In this document: piece after piece, positions 1 to 9,898 of the stretch
How positions within the stretch are numbered: the stretch's first letter is position 1
Layout of the letters: each line of letters starts with the position of its first letter
Source of the DNA: a bacterium
Lineage (GTDB): Bacteria > Patescibacteriota > Patescibacteriia > UBA9934
NCBI GenBank assembly: GCA_027592325.1
Contig: JAQCKO010000005.1
Location: 202 to 64,201, forward strand
Reading direction: 5' to 3'
DNA: 64,000 bases
Position numbers and translations under genes: made by a program
The notes under the pieces: generated by a model
Databases searched by the model: none
What the model was told of the DNA's origin: nothing
Seen by the model: only the letters and a program-made list of their open reading frames with translations

Positions 1-1
1 T

Positions 2-259
2 CTATCACATAAACAGCTGAGCGGTAAGATGGTAAGGATATCATCTTGCACTTAGAACCCTGAGGCCGCTCTCGGGAGCTTGAAAGAGCAGTACGACCGC
101 CTACAGAATCGTATTGAACATCTCTACGAAGATAAGTTAGATCGTGAAATTGATCCAACGCGATACCGAGAACTTTCTATGAAGTATCGATCAGAACAAG
201 AAGCAGTTTTGGGGGAAATAACCGGTCATCACGAAGGAAACAAAAAAGCACGACCGTAG
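2..259 (+). pseudogene. C-terminal fragment resembling the coiled-coil tail of a large serine recombinase, with no usable start
   Basis: The frame ending at TAG 257-259 reads ...LKEQYDRLQNRIEHLYEDKLDREIDPTRYRELSMKYRSEQEAVLGEI.... An in-frame stop lies at 53-55 and no ATG or SD precedes it. It sits beside a tRNA gene. Confidence 0.25.
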
Positions 260-264
260 TCGTG
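240..264 (-). terminator. Intrinsic terminator downstream of tRNA-fMet
   Basis: The hairpin gcacgac-cgta-gtcgtgc at 247-264 is followed on the minus strand by a T-run, seen as caaaaaa at 241-246. Confidence 0.6.
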
Positions 265-270
265 CATCTT

Positions 271-347
<77 letters not shown>

Positions 348-384
348 AAAAGAGAGTACATGAAATAATCAAAATCGTCAACGT

Positions 385-2415
385 TTACCCTGTCAGCCGC
401 TTACTGCCTTCACGCTCTTTCATCCCTTCAAGAGGTATTGCAACAAAGAACGTTGTCCCCTCGCCTTCCTTTGATTCAAACCAGATACGCCCACCCGACT
501 TCTCAACGATCGACTTCGTCATGTAAAGACCAAGTCCATTTCCATCAATTTGTGCACGTTGCACATTCGTTGCGCGGTAGAGTTTGCTAAAAATCTTATG
601 CTGCTCCTCTGAGGGAATTCCATAGCCTTGATCTTGTACCGAAATCAACACATCAGAACCTGCTTCATGTATCTTCATGGCGACTTCTCCGTTTTCATGA
701 GAATATTTCACCGCATTTGATAAAAGGTTTTGAAAGACAATCCCCATCAATTTTTCATCAACACGCACCTTTGGCAGTACTTTATCAAACTCTGTTTTCA
801 GTACAATGCTGTTTTCTTTTGCCTCAACCTTCACTTGATCTAAGACCGTATGCGCAATATCACGCATATCGGCAAGGGTTGGTTCAATCGCAAAGGTTCC
901 TAGGTCGAGGCGTGATACATTTAACAGCGCGCGTACTAAATCAATCATATACGTCGTATTCTCCCCCAGATCGTGAAGATAGTCGCGCTGTTCGTCGCTG
1001 AGATCACCATCCTTTTCCAGCAGTTCAATATACCATTTCATCGCCGTCAACGGACCACGCAGCTGATGTGATGCAAGTGAAACGAATTCTGATTTCGCGC
1101 GATCAATATCTTTTTCAATGGTAATATCATGAAAAATGATCACAGCACCAATCATGCCATCAACACCTTCAATAGCCGTGACCGTTACGGAAACAGGGAA
1201 TACTGAACCGTCCTTTCGCGTGAACGCAATATCACGCGTCGAAAATCGTCCTTCGCCTGACATAATGTGATGAATAGGATGCTGCTCTGGTGGGATCGCC
1301 TCCCCTTTTTCAGAAACAATGCTCACGATATTTGTAAACGTATTTCCTATCAAATCACGCATAGAATATCCTAATAGCTGCACCGTGCTTTCGTTCGCGA
1401 GCGTAACTTCACCCGTCGGATTGATGACAACCAGTCCGTCTCCAATACTCGACAGAATTGCCTCATCCTTTGCCTTTGCTTCCCCGAGCCGGGCTTTTTC
1501 CTGCTCTAAATGATTCATCGCATCGACAAGCGCTGTTTTTGAACGTTGTAACTCGTGATTTTTATCTTCAACTTGATCAAGTGTATCTTTCAATTTTCGC
1601 GTTTTTACCTCAACCTCGTGTTTGATATTTCGGTACGATGATTGCAATTTTGACGTCATGTCATTAAACGCCCCTGCAAGCTCACCAATTTCATCATGCG
1701 ATTCGATGTTTGCACGTTTTGAGAGATTCCCATCAATAATCGCATCAACCGTTACGTGTAAGTGTTCTATGGAACGCGTAATTGAAAGCGTCAAATAAAA
1801 TGCAAAGGCGCCAATAAAAATGACGAGCGTAATAACCGAAACGACAAATGTATTCCCCCCAAAAAGTAAGGCTGCACGAGATTCTTGTACAAGGGTCGTC
1901 ATTTCAGAACGTATGCCATTTACAAGTTCATTGAAAAGCGCATCACTATTTGCCGAACTTGATACATACTCATTGATGTAGATTTCATTTGCGAGAGCAG
2001 CTTCCCCTTCTTGAAGTCGATTCATGATGAGAAACGCGACATCACGCACGTGCAAGTTTGATTGCTCGTACAGTCGAATGGCATTGAAAATCCTTGAATT
2101 ATCTACCCCATTCCGCGCCTCAACAACCGTAGTATCGAATGCTGTCACAGCGTTATTAAATGCATCAACCCACTTCTCGTCGCCGGTGATCATATACGCC
2201 ATCAATGCCTCGTGTTCTTCCTGCTCGGTACGGAGCAATTTGTTGAGCGTTTCAATGTCGCCAAAACGATGATCAATCAGCGAGAAAGCCGTACCTGTGA
2301 GATTGAGCGTATTGATAAAAACCACTCCAAGGACGCCGAGTAGCAATACAATAAAAACGAATCCGGAGAGCAACTTGGTTCCAAGAGAAATTGTACGTCC
2401 TTCTTGATGCGGCAT
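385..2415 (-). CDS. Sensor histidine kinase (TM-HAMP-PAS-HisKA-HATPase)
   Basis: The H-box is SHQLRGPLTAMKWYIELL and the G2 box is GNGLGLYMTKSIVEKSGGRIWFESKEGEGTTF. There is an N-terminal transmembrane segment. Confidence 0.9.
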   Translation of the reverse strand: MPHQEGRTISLGTKLLSGFVFIVLLLGVLGVVFINTLNLTGTAFSLIDHRFGDIETLNKLLRTEQEEHEALMAYMITGDEKWVDAFNNAVTAFDTTVVEARNGVDNSRIFNAIRLYEQSNLHVRDVAFLIMNRLQEGEAALANEIYINEYVSSSANSDALFNELVNGIRSEMTTLVQESRAALLFGGNTFVVSVITLVIFIGAFAFYLTLSITRSIEHLHVTVDAIIDGNLSKRANIESHDEIGELAGAFNDMTSKLQSSYRNIKHEVEVKTRKLKDTLDQVEDKNHELQRSKTALVDAMNHLEQEKARLGEAKAKDEAILSSIGDGLVVINPTGEVTLANESTVQLLGYSMRDLIGNTFTNIVSIVSEKGEAIPPEQHPIHHIMSGEGRFSTRDIAFTRKDGSVFPVSVTVTAIEGVDGMIGAVIIFHDITIEKDIDRAKSEFVSLASHQLRGPLTAMKWYIELLEKDGDLSDEQRDYLHDLGENTTYMIDLVRALLNVSRLDLGTFAIEPTLADMRDIAHTVLDQVKVEAKENSIVLKTEFDKVLPKVRVDEKLMGIVFQNLLSNAVKYSHENGEVAMKIHEAGSDVLISVQDQGYGIPSEEQHKIFSKLYRATNVQRAQIDGNGLGLYMTKSIVEKSGGRIWFESKEGEGTTFFVAIPLEGMKEREGSKRLTG

Positions 2416-2547
2416 ATTAGAGACCTACGTACAACGCTTCAAAATAAGCCACGAATAAAGTCCGGTTAGAACAACCATTGTGACAATTCCAATCGTATAG
2501 CCTTCTTGATGCTTCATAATCTTTTCTATTTTATCACGCCACGTTTT

Positions 2548-2581
2548 CAAAAAAACAAAAACAGAGCAAAAACGCTCTGGG
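2548..2581 (-). terminator. Intrinsic terminator after tRNA-Leu
   Basis: In minus sense the hairpin cagagc-guuuuu-gcucug is followed by a long U-run. Confidence 0.6.
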
Positions 2582-2668
2582 TGGTGCCGCGGGAGGGACT
2601 CGAACCCTCAAGCCCGTGAAGGCAACGAATTTTGAGTCCGTCGCGTATACCAGTTCCGCCACCGCGGC
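2582..2668 (-). tRNA. tRNA-Leu (anticodon CAA), class II with a long variable arm
   Basis: The 87-nt gene has acceptor GCCGCGG/CCGCGGC and an anticodon loop CTCAAAA, with a long variable arm and a CCA end. Confidence 0.85.
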
Positions 2669-3044
2669 ATTGGACGGAAGAATAAAGGGAAATAGATCCT
2701 TTGTCAACGCAGACTTGCCTTTTTCTCTGTTTTTCGATAGAATCTCGACACCAAAAGGACGAAAACGAAGACAAATCGATTAGATCCTTCGACGCATTAC
2801 GTTCGCTCAGGATAATGATATGATTTGAGCTAATGTTCTTTGCTTCTGTACAAGGAAGACAGGTAACGATACTATATTGAATGGAAATTTTTGGTCTCCT
2901 GCGAGGATCATCGTCTGGTATGATCATTGCGCAGGATTTTTCTTCCAGGAATGGTGCATAACGAGCTGCGGAGTAAGACGTATATAGATATACGTTGTCG
3001 AGCGGCGCAGCTATAAACTATTCCTGGGGGAAAAAGACAAGCAA

Positions 3045-3121
3045 GGCTGGGTAGCTCAGTTGGTTAGAGCGTGGGACTCATAAGCCCGAGGTCGAGGGTT
3101 CGACCCCCTCCCCAGCCACCA
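3045..3121 (+). tRNA. tRNA with CAT anticodon, elongator Met type (or Ile2-lysidine)
   Basis: The sequence GGCTGGGTAGCTCAGTTGGTTAGAGC...CTCATAA...GGTTCGACCCCCTCCCCAGCCACCA is close to elongator tRNA-Met architecture. Confidence 0.8.
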
Positions 3122-3125
3122 AGAG

Positions 3126-3149
3126 GAACCGATCAACTCGGTTCTTTTT
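3126..3149 (+). terminator. Intrinsic terminator after tRNA-Met
   Basis: The hairpin gaaccg-atcaact-cggttc is followed by ttttt. Confidence 0.7.
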
Positions 3150-3209
3150 GTTTGCAAAGCAAAGAGGAGCCCCGAAGGACTCCCCACGAATGTACCACGC
3201 TGGCACATG

Positions 3210-3617
3210 TCAGTTATGCACGAGCTGCCACTGGCGCCAACCGGTTGCGTGAACCTTGACCTCTACCCATTGACCCGCAAGATCTTTAGCCAATCTCATC
3301 ATGGTTTCATGCTCAACAAAGCTCCCGTCCCCGCCCATGACGAACTTGCTTTCTCGCGACTCCCCCTTTCCGACGTCGATCATGTACATCCTACCCCCTT
3401 TAACCATGGACAAGGAAGCAAGATGCGGATGCACGCTATCAAAGCTGACAAGAAGCAGATCATCCGTTTTGTAGTTGAAGGGTTCAGGCTTTTCCCCGAT
3501 CGGATACATGACGAGGTCTGATCCATTGTCATACGGACCTCCCGTCAAATAGATTTTCACGTCACACCCCCTTGGCAAGTGACGATGCATTTTAACATGC
3601 GAAACGGCTAGTGTCAA
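3210..3617 (-). CDS. Hypothetical protein, possibly a nucleoside 2-deoxyribosyltransferase-like fold
   Basis: The 135-aa ORF has a 4-nt ATGA overlap with the upstream gene. The motif KIYLTGGPYDNGSD...DLLLVSFD recalls the IYxAGP motif of the NDT/Rcl family. The match is weak. Confidence 0.35.
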   Translation of the reverse strand: MTLAVSHVKMHRHLPRGCDVKIYLTGGPYDNGSDLVMYPIGEKPEPFNYKTDDLLLVSFDSVHPHLASLSMVKGGRMYMIDVGKGESRESKFVMGGDGSFVEHETMMRLAKDLAGQWVEVKVHATGWRQWQLVHN

Positions 3618-4117
3618 CTGAGCAATGCTTCAAACCCTGCGGAAAGTCCGTAAACCAAAATGGCTGCAATCAGGAGACCAGTGAGAATTGCCGGCGCCGC
3701 GTATTTAAAGGGAATTTTGAGCGCAACGGCTGCAAACGTTGCCGTCCATAGGCCAGTTAGCGGGAGCGGGAGCGCCGTAAAGAGCGCGAGCGCAATCGAA
3801 CCATAGCGTTCGTAATTCTGTGCAAGTTTTGCGCGTGCGGAATCGAGCCTTGCGTCAATGACACGATGTAAAAAAGGAATCCGATGTTCAAGATCGTGTC
3901 GCAAATGATCAAGTCCAAAATAAAGGGGAGCAAGCGGAAGCGCGCCTCCTATCAGCCCCATAAGTAAAATAACGAGCGCGGGCAAATCGGTAAAGGCAAT
4001 TCCAAATGGAATACCTGCGCGAATTTCAAATAGTGGAAGTGCTGAAATAAGCCCAACGGCAATAGCGGGAGCTGAATCGGCTAGATTAGAAAAGGGGATC
4101 TCCATACCCGATGTCAT
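3614..4117 (-). CDS. Small polytopic membrane protein (COG2426 / small multidrug-export-like)
   Basis: It is hydrophobic and multi-TM (MEIPFSNLADSAPAIAVGLISALPLFEIRAGIPFGIAF...). The likely start is an internal Met, which reduces the overlap with dacA. Confidence 0.45.
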   Translation of the reverse strand: MTSGMEIPFSNLADSAPAIAVGLISALPLFEIRAGIPFGIAFTDLPALVILLMGLIGGALPLAPLYFGLDHLRHDLEHRIPFLHRVIDARLDSARAKLAQNYERYGSIALALFTALPLPLTGLWTATFAAVALKIPFKYAAPAILTGLLIAAILVYGLSAGFEALLS

Positions 4118-5069
4118 TTGGCCACCGATGCACACGAAAGGCCCACAGCCCAAGACCCGCAATATCGGCCGCACGCGCTTCGGTTGATTCTGCTCCAAGC
4201 GTCACAATATGCAAACGATTCCCATTGTGCTCCACCGTCGAGGCAAGCACATATCCAGCAAGTGGCAAAAACCCCGTCTTTCCAACGAGCATGTCATATT
4301 CACCTCTATTTACTGGAAGCTGAAGGGCTAAATTCGTGTTCTCAATTTCAATCGTTCTTCCACTTCGCTGCCGGATGATAACCGATTCTGCGGTCGTCCA
4401 TCTTGCAATCACCGGCACCTCCCCTGCTGCCTTCAGAAGCTTAACCAAGTCATGCGCCGTTGAAATATTCTGGCTGTCAACACCAGTAACATCGGTAAAC
4501 TGACTCAATATCATTCCAAGTTCTGTGGCTTTTTCATTCATGCGCGCGATAAATTCTTCTTCCGTCATGCCAGAGAATCGCATCAGCGCTTTCGTGGCCG
4601 TATTATCAGATCCTACCAAACTCGCCGCAAGCACATCTCCCAATTGTAGCGCATCATTAAACGCCAAATACACCCGACCGCCAAGGACCATATCTTCTTC
4701 CTGAAGGGTCACAAAATCGGCGACATTCGGATTCTGCTCCATGAACACAAGCGCGGTCATCAGCTTCGTGACGCTCCCAATGGACCGAATTTGATGGGGT
4801 TGCTCCCCCCAAAGCATATCCCCAGATGCGTCATCAATCACAATGCTGCTAAATCCGCTTGTCACAATTCCATAAGAATTCAGGTCTATTTTCTCCGGCG
4901 CTGCTACAGCCTCTCCACTTTCAGCATCCTCTGAAACTCCAACATATGCCGATGCTTCTACCGGCCGATACTCACCCGTCGCGCGCATTTCCATCACTGC
5001 TCCATCAACAGGAAAGAGCTGAAAGAGCGCCGCGCTCGTCATAATGCTTGCAAGAATTTTCAACATCAA
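4086..5069 (-). CDS. dacA: D-alanyl-D-alanine carboxypeptidase (S11, PBP5-like)
   Basis: It has a signal peptide plus the SxxK motif (SVTKLMT), the SDN motif and the KTG motif. Confidence 0.85.
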   Translation of the reverse strand: MMLKILASIMTSAALFQLFPVDGAVMEMRATGEYRPVEASAYVGVSEDAESGEAVAAPEKIDLNSYGIVTSGFSSIVIDDASGDMLWGEQPHQIRSIGSVTKLMTALVFMEQNPNVADFVTLQEEDMVLGGRVYLAFNDALQLGDVLAASLVGSDNTATKALMRFSGMTEEEFIARMNEKATELGMILSQFTDVTGVDSQNISTAHDLVKLLKAAGEVPVIARWTTAESVIIRQRSGRTIEIENTNLALQLPVNRGEYDMLVGKTGFLPLAGYVLASTVEHNGNRLHIVTLGAESTEARAADIAGLGLWAFRVHRWPNDIGYGDPLF

Positions 5070-5602
5070 CCTGATTTTACCATGTCTGAAAGAGATGTTT
5101 CTTCATGCAAGCGATCATAATCCGGCAGTTCTTTCGCACTTCCAAGACCAAGGTGCTGAAGCATATCTGCAGAAATTGTATATACGGTATGAAGATGATC
5201 GGCAGATTCGGTTTCATCAACCATACCGCGCATAAGCAAATTACGCAGAATCATACTCGAATTCACGCCGCGAATATGTTCAAGTTCCGGTTTCGTGATT
5301 GGACCTCGGTAGGCAATAATCGTCAGCGTTTCGAGCTGCGGCTTTGTAAGGCTGGACTCGTCATCGTCTTTTTTACCTGTCTCGATGAGTTCAGCATAGG
5401 CGGGATTCGTAACAAGTTTTAAGCCGGCTTCTGTTTCAATCAAATGAAGACCTGAATCACCAGATCGGGCATGACCTAGGGCATTCACAGCATCAGAAAA
5501 TTCGTCATTCGTCACATCAAGTTGGTGCTGTAAACGCGATTTCTGAACCTCACCCCCTGCGACATAAAGAAGGGCTTCTAATTGTGCGGCATACTTATTC
5601 AT
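5066..5602 (-). CDS. scpB: Segregation and condensation protein B
   Basis: ScpB winged-helix motifs are present (LEALLYVAGGEV, ETLTIIAYRGPITKPELEHIRGV). It has a 4-nt overlap with scpA. Confidence 0.85.
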   Translation of the reverse strand: MNKYAAQLEALLYVAGGEVQKSRLQHQLDVTNDEFSDAVNALGHARSGDSGLHLIETEAGLKLVTNPAYAELIETGKKDDDESSLTKPQLETLTIIAYRGPITKPELEHIRGVNSSMILRNLLMRGMVDETESADHLHTVYTISADMLQHLGLGSAKELPDYDRLHEETSLSDMVKSG

Positions 5603-6300
5603 ACACGAATGATTTCAATGTCTTCTTGTTGTTGACGAACACGGACGATTTGTTTTTTTACAAGTTCTAGGAGTGCAAGGAAACTTACCACAACATCTGC
5701 TTTCGAGCTCGCTCCTCTTGCGATGTCACGAAAACCAATCGTGCGGCGTTTTTGAAGCGTTTTTTGTAATCGCTTCATGCGCTCCTCTACCGATTCTATC
5801 CGTTCCATGGATCGCTTTTGCAGCGAGAAAAATGGTTCAAGTTTTTTAAGAAGGCTTAAAAATGATTCGCGCAGTGAGGATTCTGTCACATTCTTCGCCG
5901 GAGCGAATCGGCGCTCTTCTTCACTCGATTCCAGCTTCATGTGTTTCTCGCGGGCATATGCACGATTCGGTGAATGATAAAGTGCAAGAAATGTTTGAGA
6001 TGCGTCCTGAAATTGCTTATAGACCTCAAGCTGTTCTTTTAGATCTTCAATGCCTTCCTCTTCTTCCTCAATACGTAAGTATGGCAAGAGCTCGCGGCTT
6101 TTGAGGTAAATCAATCTACTCGCTGTGAGCAAAAAGTCTGCCCGCGCTGAAACTTCCGCCGGATGCGCCTCTAAATACGCCAAATAGTCATCGGTAATCT
6201 TCGCAAGGGCAATATCGGTAATCGATAATTTCTTGTCATTCAGAAGATCCAAAAGCAATTCCAGCGGCCCTGAAAATTGTTCCTGCTCGGTAGTGAACAT
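5599..6300 (-). CDS. scpA: Segregation and condensation protein A
   Basis: The N-terminus LELLLDLLNDKKLSITDIALAKITDDYLAYLE is typical of ScpA. Confidence 0.85.
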   Translation of the reverse strand: MFTTEQEQFSGPLELLLDLLNDKKLSITDIALAKITDDYLAYLEAHPAEVSARADFLLTASRLIYLKSRELLPYLRIEEEEEGIEDLKEQLEVYKQFQDASQTFLALYHSPNRAYAREKHMKLESSEEERRFAPAKNVTESSLRESFLSLLKKLEPFFSLQKRSMERIESVEERMKRLQKTLQKRRTIGFRDIARGASSKADVVVSFLALLELVKKQIVRVRQQQEDIEIIRV

Positions 6301-6344
6301 GGACGTATTTTAGCGCAAAACTAGGAAAAACAAAAACCCGCGCG

Positions 6345-6372
6345 AGGCGGATTTTTTTTCGAGCTGGGCGCA
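6345..6372. terminator. Hairpin plus T8/A-run, bidirectional terminator-like
   Basis: The motif aaaaacccgcgcgaggcggatttttttt lies between scpA and aspS. Confidence 0.4.
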
Positions 6373-6525
6373 GATATTGTCCACTTCATCTTCTGATGAT
6401 CGCTCCTAGATCTCTCACATGCGTTCCCGGCGGAGTCACGGCGGAGCCGGACGGGCCGGGCAAGCGGGAATTTACAAATTCCGGTCTGCCCTGCTCTGCC
6501 GGGAACGCAGTGAAGGATGTATTCA

Positions 6526-7968
6526 TCAACTATTATCCTCACCCTTCATCTCATCAATCGCCTGCTTTGCTTCATCGTCAAGCTTCAAATGCAAATCCAT
6601 GAGCACAGTGTCTGGCATTGGCGATGGCGCATTCATCATCAAATCTTTTGCATGACCATCTTTCGGGAAGGCAATCACCTCACGAATATTCGGCTCCCCC
6701 ATCATAAGCATGACAATGCGATCAATTCCAGGCGCAAATCCTCCGTGCGGCGGCGCACCGAATTCAAATGCCTCAAGCATATGTGCAAACTTTCTTTGTT
6801 GCTCTTCTTCTGAAATTTGAAGCAAATCGAAAATACGCTTTTGCATATCGCGCTCATGAATTCTAATTGAACCTGAGCTAAGCTCGTATCCGTTTAGAAC
6901 GAGGTCATAGGCATTTGCGCGAATTGAGAGCAAATCTTCGCCTTTCATGAGCTTCTCTTTATCTTCTTCTTTCACGCTACAGAATGGATGGTGCTGCGCT
7001 TGAATGCTGCCATCCTCTAGCCGTTCAAACATTGGGAAATCAACAATCCAGCAAAAAGCGAGCTCATTTGGGTCGTTTTTATCTTCCCGGAGGTCAGGCT
7101 TATCGGTTCCGTATTTTTCCATGGCTTCCGCATAGGTCATGCGTACAAATGGTGAAGAGGCAATCTTCTTTTCTGGATACAGCTCCGTAACCAGCTGAAC
7201 AAACATCTTCTCTGTGTACTGAAGTACATCCTCCTGCGTCACAAACGACATTTCAAAGTCAAGCTGAGTAAACTCTGGCTGACGATCCCCTCGAAGGTCT
7301 TCGTCACGCATACAACGCGCAATCTGGAAATAGCGCTCAAATCCAGCCACCATAGAAAGCTGCTTGAATTGCTGAGGAGACTGCGGGAGTGCGTAAAATT
7401 GCCCAGGATGAATACGTGATGGCACAAGATATTCGCGCGATCCTTCCGGCGTTCCCTTCATCATCATCGGAGTTTCAATTTCGATGAATTCGTTGTTATG
7501 CATGTATGATCGAAAGAACGTGATAATACGATCACGTTCACGAATATTTCTTTGCATCCGCGCACTGCGAAGGTCGAGATAGCGATACTTGAGGCGAAGC
7601 TCTTCATTAATTTCTGTCGTGTCTTTGTCGATTTCAAATGGCGGAGTTTTTGCCTTATTCAAAATCTTCATCGATGTCGCAAGAAGCTCAACCGTTCCTG
7701 TGGTGATATTCGTATTGATCTGCCGCTCTCCACGCGCTTGCACAACTCCTTCAACCTCAACAACAAATTCGCTGCGAAGCTCTTTTGCGCGTTCCATATC
7801 GTCTCCAAGATCGCTTGGAACGCAAACGATTTGCAGAAGTCCGTCTTTGTCGCGAAGGTCAAAAAACATCACCTTCCCCATATCGCGGCGGGCATGCACC
7901 CAACCAGCAACTTTGACGGTTTCTCCTACTTTTTCTACGGTCTCTTTGGTAAAAATGCGTGTATTCAT
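6526..7968 (-). CDS. aspS: Aspartyl-tRNA synthetase, bacterial-type but lacking the GAD insertion domain (~481 aa)
   Basis: The LPQSPQQFKQ motif, the class II motifs and an N-terminal OB fold are present. The start is taken at MNTRIF, an internal Met of the track ORF. Confidence 0.85.
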   Translation of the reverse strand: MNTRIFTKETVEKVGETVKVAGWVHARRDMGKVMFFDLRDKDGLLQIVCVPSDLGDDMERAKELRSEFVVEVEGVVQARGERQINTNITTGTVELLATSMKILNKAKTPPFEIDKDTTEINEELRLKYRYLDLRSARMQRNIRERDRIITFFRSYMHNNEFIEIETPMMMKGTPEGSREYLVPSRIHPGQFYALPQSPQQFKQLSMVAGFERYFQIARCMRDEDLRGDRQPEFTQLDFEMSFVTQEDVLQYTEKMFVQLVTELYPEKKIASSPFVRMTYAEAMEKYGTDKPDLREDKNDPNELAFCWIVDFPMFERLEDGSIQAQHHPFCSVKEEDKEKLMKGEDLLSIRANAYDLVLNGYELSSGSIRIHERDMQKRIFDLLQISEEEQQRKFAHMLEAFEFGAPPHGGFAPGIDRIVMLMMGEPNIREVIAFPKDGHAKDLMMNAPSPMPDTVLMDLHLKLDDEAKQAIDEMKGEDNS

Positions 7969-8017
7969 ACGGCTATAGATAGGCGAAATGTAACAGTTTA
8001 AGGGGTACTTGGCAAGA

Positions 8018-8788
8018 TTACACGAGTACTCCTTCCCAGTAAGGGGCGCGAAAATACCCTGGCACGTGCATTGCAACAAGATCCTGAATACATTTTGTGT
8101 ATTGCTTCACAATTGTTCGGTCCGCTGTAAGGACAAACATATCCTCATATGTAAGCTGCTGCGCCGCTTGCATCAAATCGAGCACCCTCAAATCAATACG
8201 CTCAGCTGTAAACCAGCGATGCCGATCTTTATTGCGACAATCGGCACAGACAACCCCGCCATAAGCAGGATGCCAGAATGGATCATTTCCGGACGTACGA
8301 CAGCTCGTGCAATGCTCAAATTCAATATCGTAACCAAGATGCGACATGAGGCGCAATAGTAGTCCTCCGTACAACAAGAGACGCTCACGGCGCGGAATTT
8401 CGCCTGCGCCGTCAAGAAAATTGAGCCAGGCTTCAAGCTCGGGATAAATAGCATCACGGCCACCAAGTTCCTGCAATGCACGATCTAAAAATGCGCAGCT
8501 TGAACTTGCCAAAAGGCGTGCATCAAAGGAACGATGTAGTCCGGAAAGACGTTGTTTGAGCTCCGCAGAAATAATCGTCATGTAGCGTCGTCCTTGAACG
8601 ACTTCAAGCGAAAGAATACGGAACGGCTCTAGTTGCGGCGCAAGTTTCGCCATACCTTTTTGTGCACCACGACCAATCACATCAATTTTTCCAAGGTCTG
8701 GTGTTAAAATTCGATAACGCCGATCTGACTCACGAAAAGGTGATACGGTAAGTACGATTCCAGTTGTTTTAATTGAAGACCAGGCCAT
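8018..8788 (-). CDS. recO: DNA repair protein RecO
   Basis: It has an N-terminal OB fold and the C-terminal zinc-finger motif CTSC...CADC. Confidence 0.8.
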   Translation of the reverse strand: MAWSSIKTTGIVLTVSPFRESDRRYRILTPDLGKIDVIGRGAQKGMAKLAPQLEPFRILSLEVVQGRRYMTIISAELKQRLSGLHRSFDARLLASSSCAFLDRALQELGGRDAIYPELEAWLNFLDGAGEIPRRERLLLYGGLLLRLMSHLGYDIEFEHCTSCRTSGNDPFWHPAYGGVVCADCRNKDRHRWFTAERIDLRVLDLMQAAQQLTYEDMFVLTADRTIVKQYTKCIQDLVAMHVPGYFRAPYWEGVLV

Positions 8789-8813
8789 TTAGGTTTTACA
8801 TTCTATGATGGAA

Positions 8814-8920
8814 TAGTACAGCTTACCTCATCTAGCGTCTCAGATCTGCGATACTCGCTCGACGTACGTTCTAGTACGCCTCGCTCTGTTTCTTGATCTT
8901 CACCACCATCTAAAGCAGTC
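8814..8920 (+). repeat. Copy 1 of the intergenic repeat family (plus orientation)
   Basis: TAGTACAGCTTACCTCATCTAGCGTCTCAGATCTGCGATACTCGCTCGACGTACG...TCTAAAGCA aligns base-for-base with the copy at 52400-52510. Confidence 0.8.
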
Positions 8921-8934
8921 TATACGATTCGCTA

Positions 8935-9324
8935 TTAACTCTCATCCAAATACGATTGCAGTATCAACATCGCTGCAAGGGCATCCTCGGGTGCGGTTGC
9001 TCCATACTCTTCTACTAGTCGCCGACTTTCTGCCGTCGTAAATTGCTCATCAACGGTATGAATGGGCATATTGCTCATCCCTTTTAGTTCTTCAATAAAC
9101 CCACGCACCCTCTTTGCCTGCGAGTCATCATGAAAGTCTCCTGCCTCTCCTGGGACACCGATGACGAGTTCATCAATGCCTTCTTCGCGGACAAGATCGA
9201 TAATGCGCTTTGCAAGATCATCGCCGCCTGGAATCACCTCAAGCGGCGTCGCAAGCTTGGTCTCATTATCCCCAAGCGCGAGGCCAACTTTCTTCTCCCC
9301 AAAATCGACTCCTAAATAACGCAT
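8935..9324 (-). CDS. ruvX: Putative pre-16S rRNA nuclease / Holliday-junction-resolvase-like YqgF
   Basis: MRYLGVDFGEKKVGLALGD...ELVIGVP has the RNase H fold. Confidence 0.85.
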   Translation of the reverse strand: MRYLGVDFGEKKVGLALGDNETKLATPLEVIPGGDDLAKRIIDLVREEGIDELVIGVPGEAGDFHDDSQAKRVRGFIEELKGMSNMPIHTVDEQFTTAESRRLVEEYGATAPEDALAAMLILQSYLDES

Positions 9325-9325
9325 A

Positions 9326-9772
9326 TTATTCTACTGGCTCACCAATGAAGACAAAATCTTCGCGCACCACTTCTTCTCCTACAACTCCTGCTCGATCATC
9401 GCTATAATCAAGGACTCCATCACCGTTATCAACGCGGATTAGTGCGGCATAGCTACTCCCAAGCTCCATACGCTCATCAAGATTAATGACAAGATTTTCG
9501 TGCACACCAGGTTCAAGATAGATCGATGCGCCAATTGGCTCAGACGGAGCAATGCTGAGCATGTTATGAATACTCACAAATCCTCCCGCAGAAAGGCTCA
9601 CCGAAGCGATTGCGGTATAACCATCCCCTGCTTGATCAGCAAGAGTGAGAGAGGCAGATTCAAGCATGTTTATGCGTGGTTCTTCCGGACCTGGACCAGA
9701 AAAAAACATCAAGACACCAATAACAATAATGGTAATGAGAGAAAGAATAATAAGGCCGATATCGTGTTTCAT
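9326..9772 (-). CDS. Hypothetical membrane-anchored or secreted protein
   Basis: The start is taken at MKHDIGLIILSLITIIVIGVLMF, which supplies an N-terminal TM segment. The rest has no recognisable domain. Confidence 0.5.
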   Translation of the reverse strand: MKHDIGLIILSLITIIVIGVLMFFSGPGPEEPRINMLESASLTLADQAGDGYTAIASVSLSAGGFVSIHNMLSIAPSEPIGASIYLEPGVHENLVINLDERMELGSSYAALIRVDNGDGVLDYSDDRAGVVGEEVVREDFVFIGEPVE

Positions 9773-9826
9773 ACATTGGAAATATAGCAAATACTTGCGT
9801 TTCTGCACATACTTCATCAACATTAT

Positions 9827-9855
9827 TTGACGCCGCAACATAACCTCGCTAGGAT
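9827..9855 (+). promoter_or_regulatory. Sigma70-like promoter (TTGACG-17-TAGGAT)
   Basis: The -35 element TTGACG is at 9827-9832. A 17-nt spacer separates it from the -10 element TAGGAT at 9850-9855. Confidence 0.4.
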
Positions 9856-9898
9856 TTACGTGTCCCGCAATCCCGCGGGTCATTACCAAGGAGTGCCC

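Noticed and set aside
2547-2927. Track ORF of 126 aa on the minus strand
   Set aside because: It overlaps tRNA-Leu and its terminator and has a low-complexity translation.
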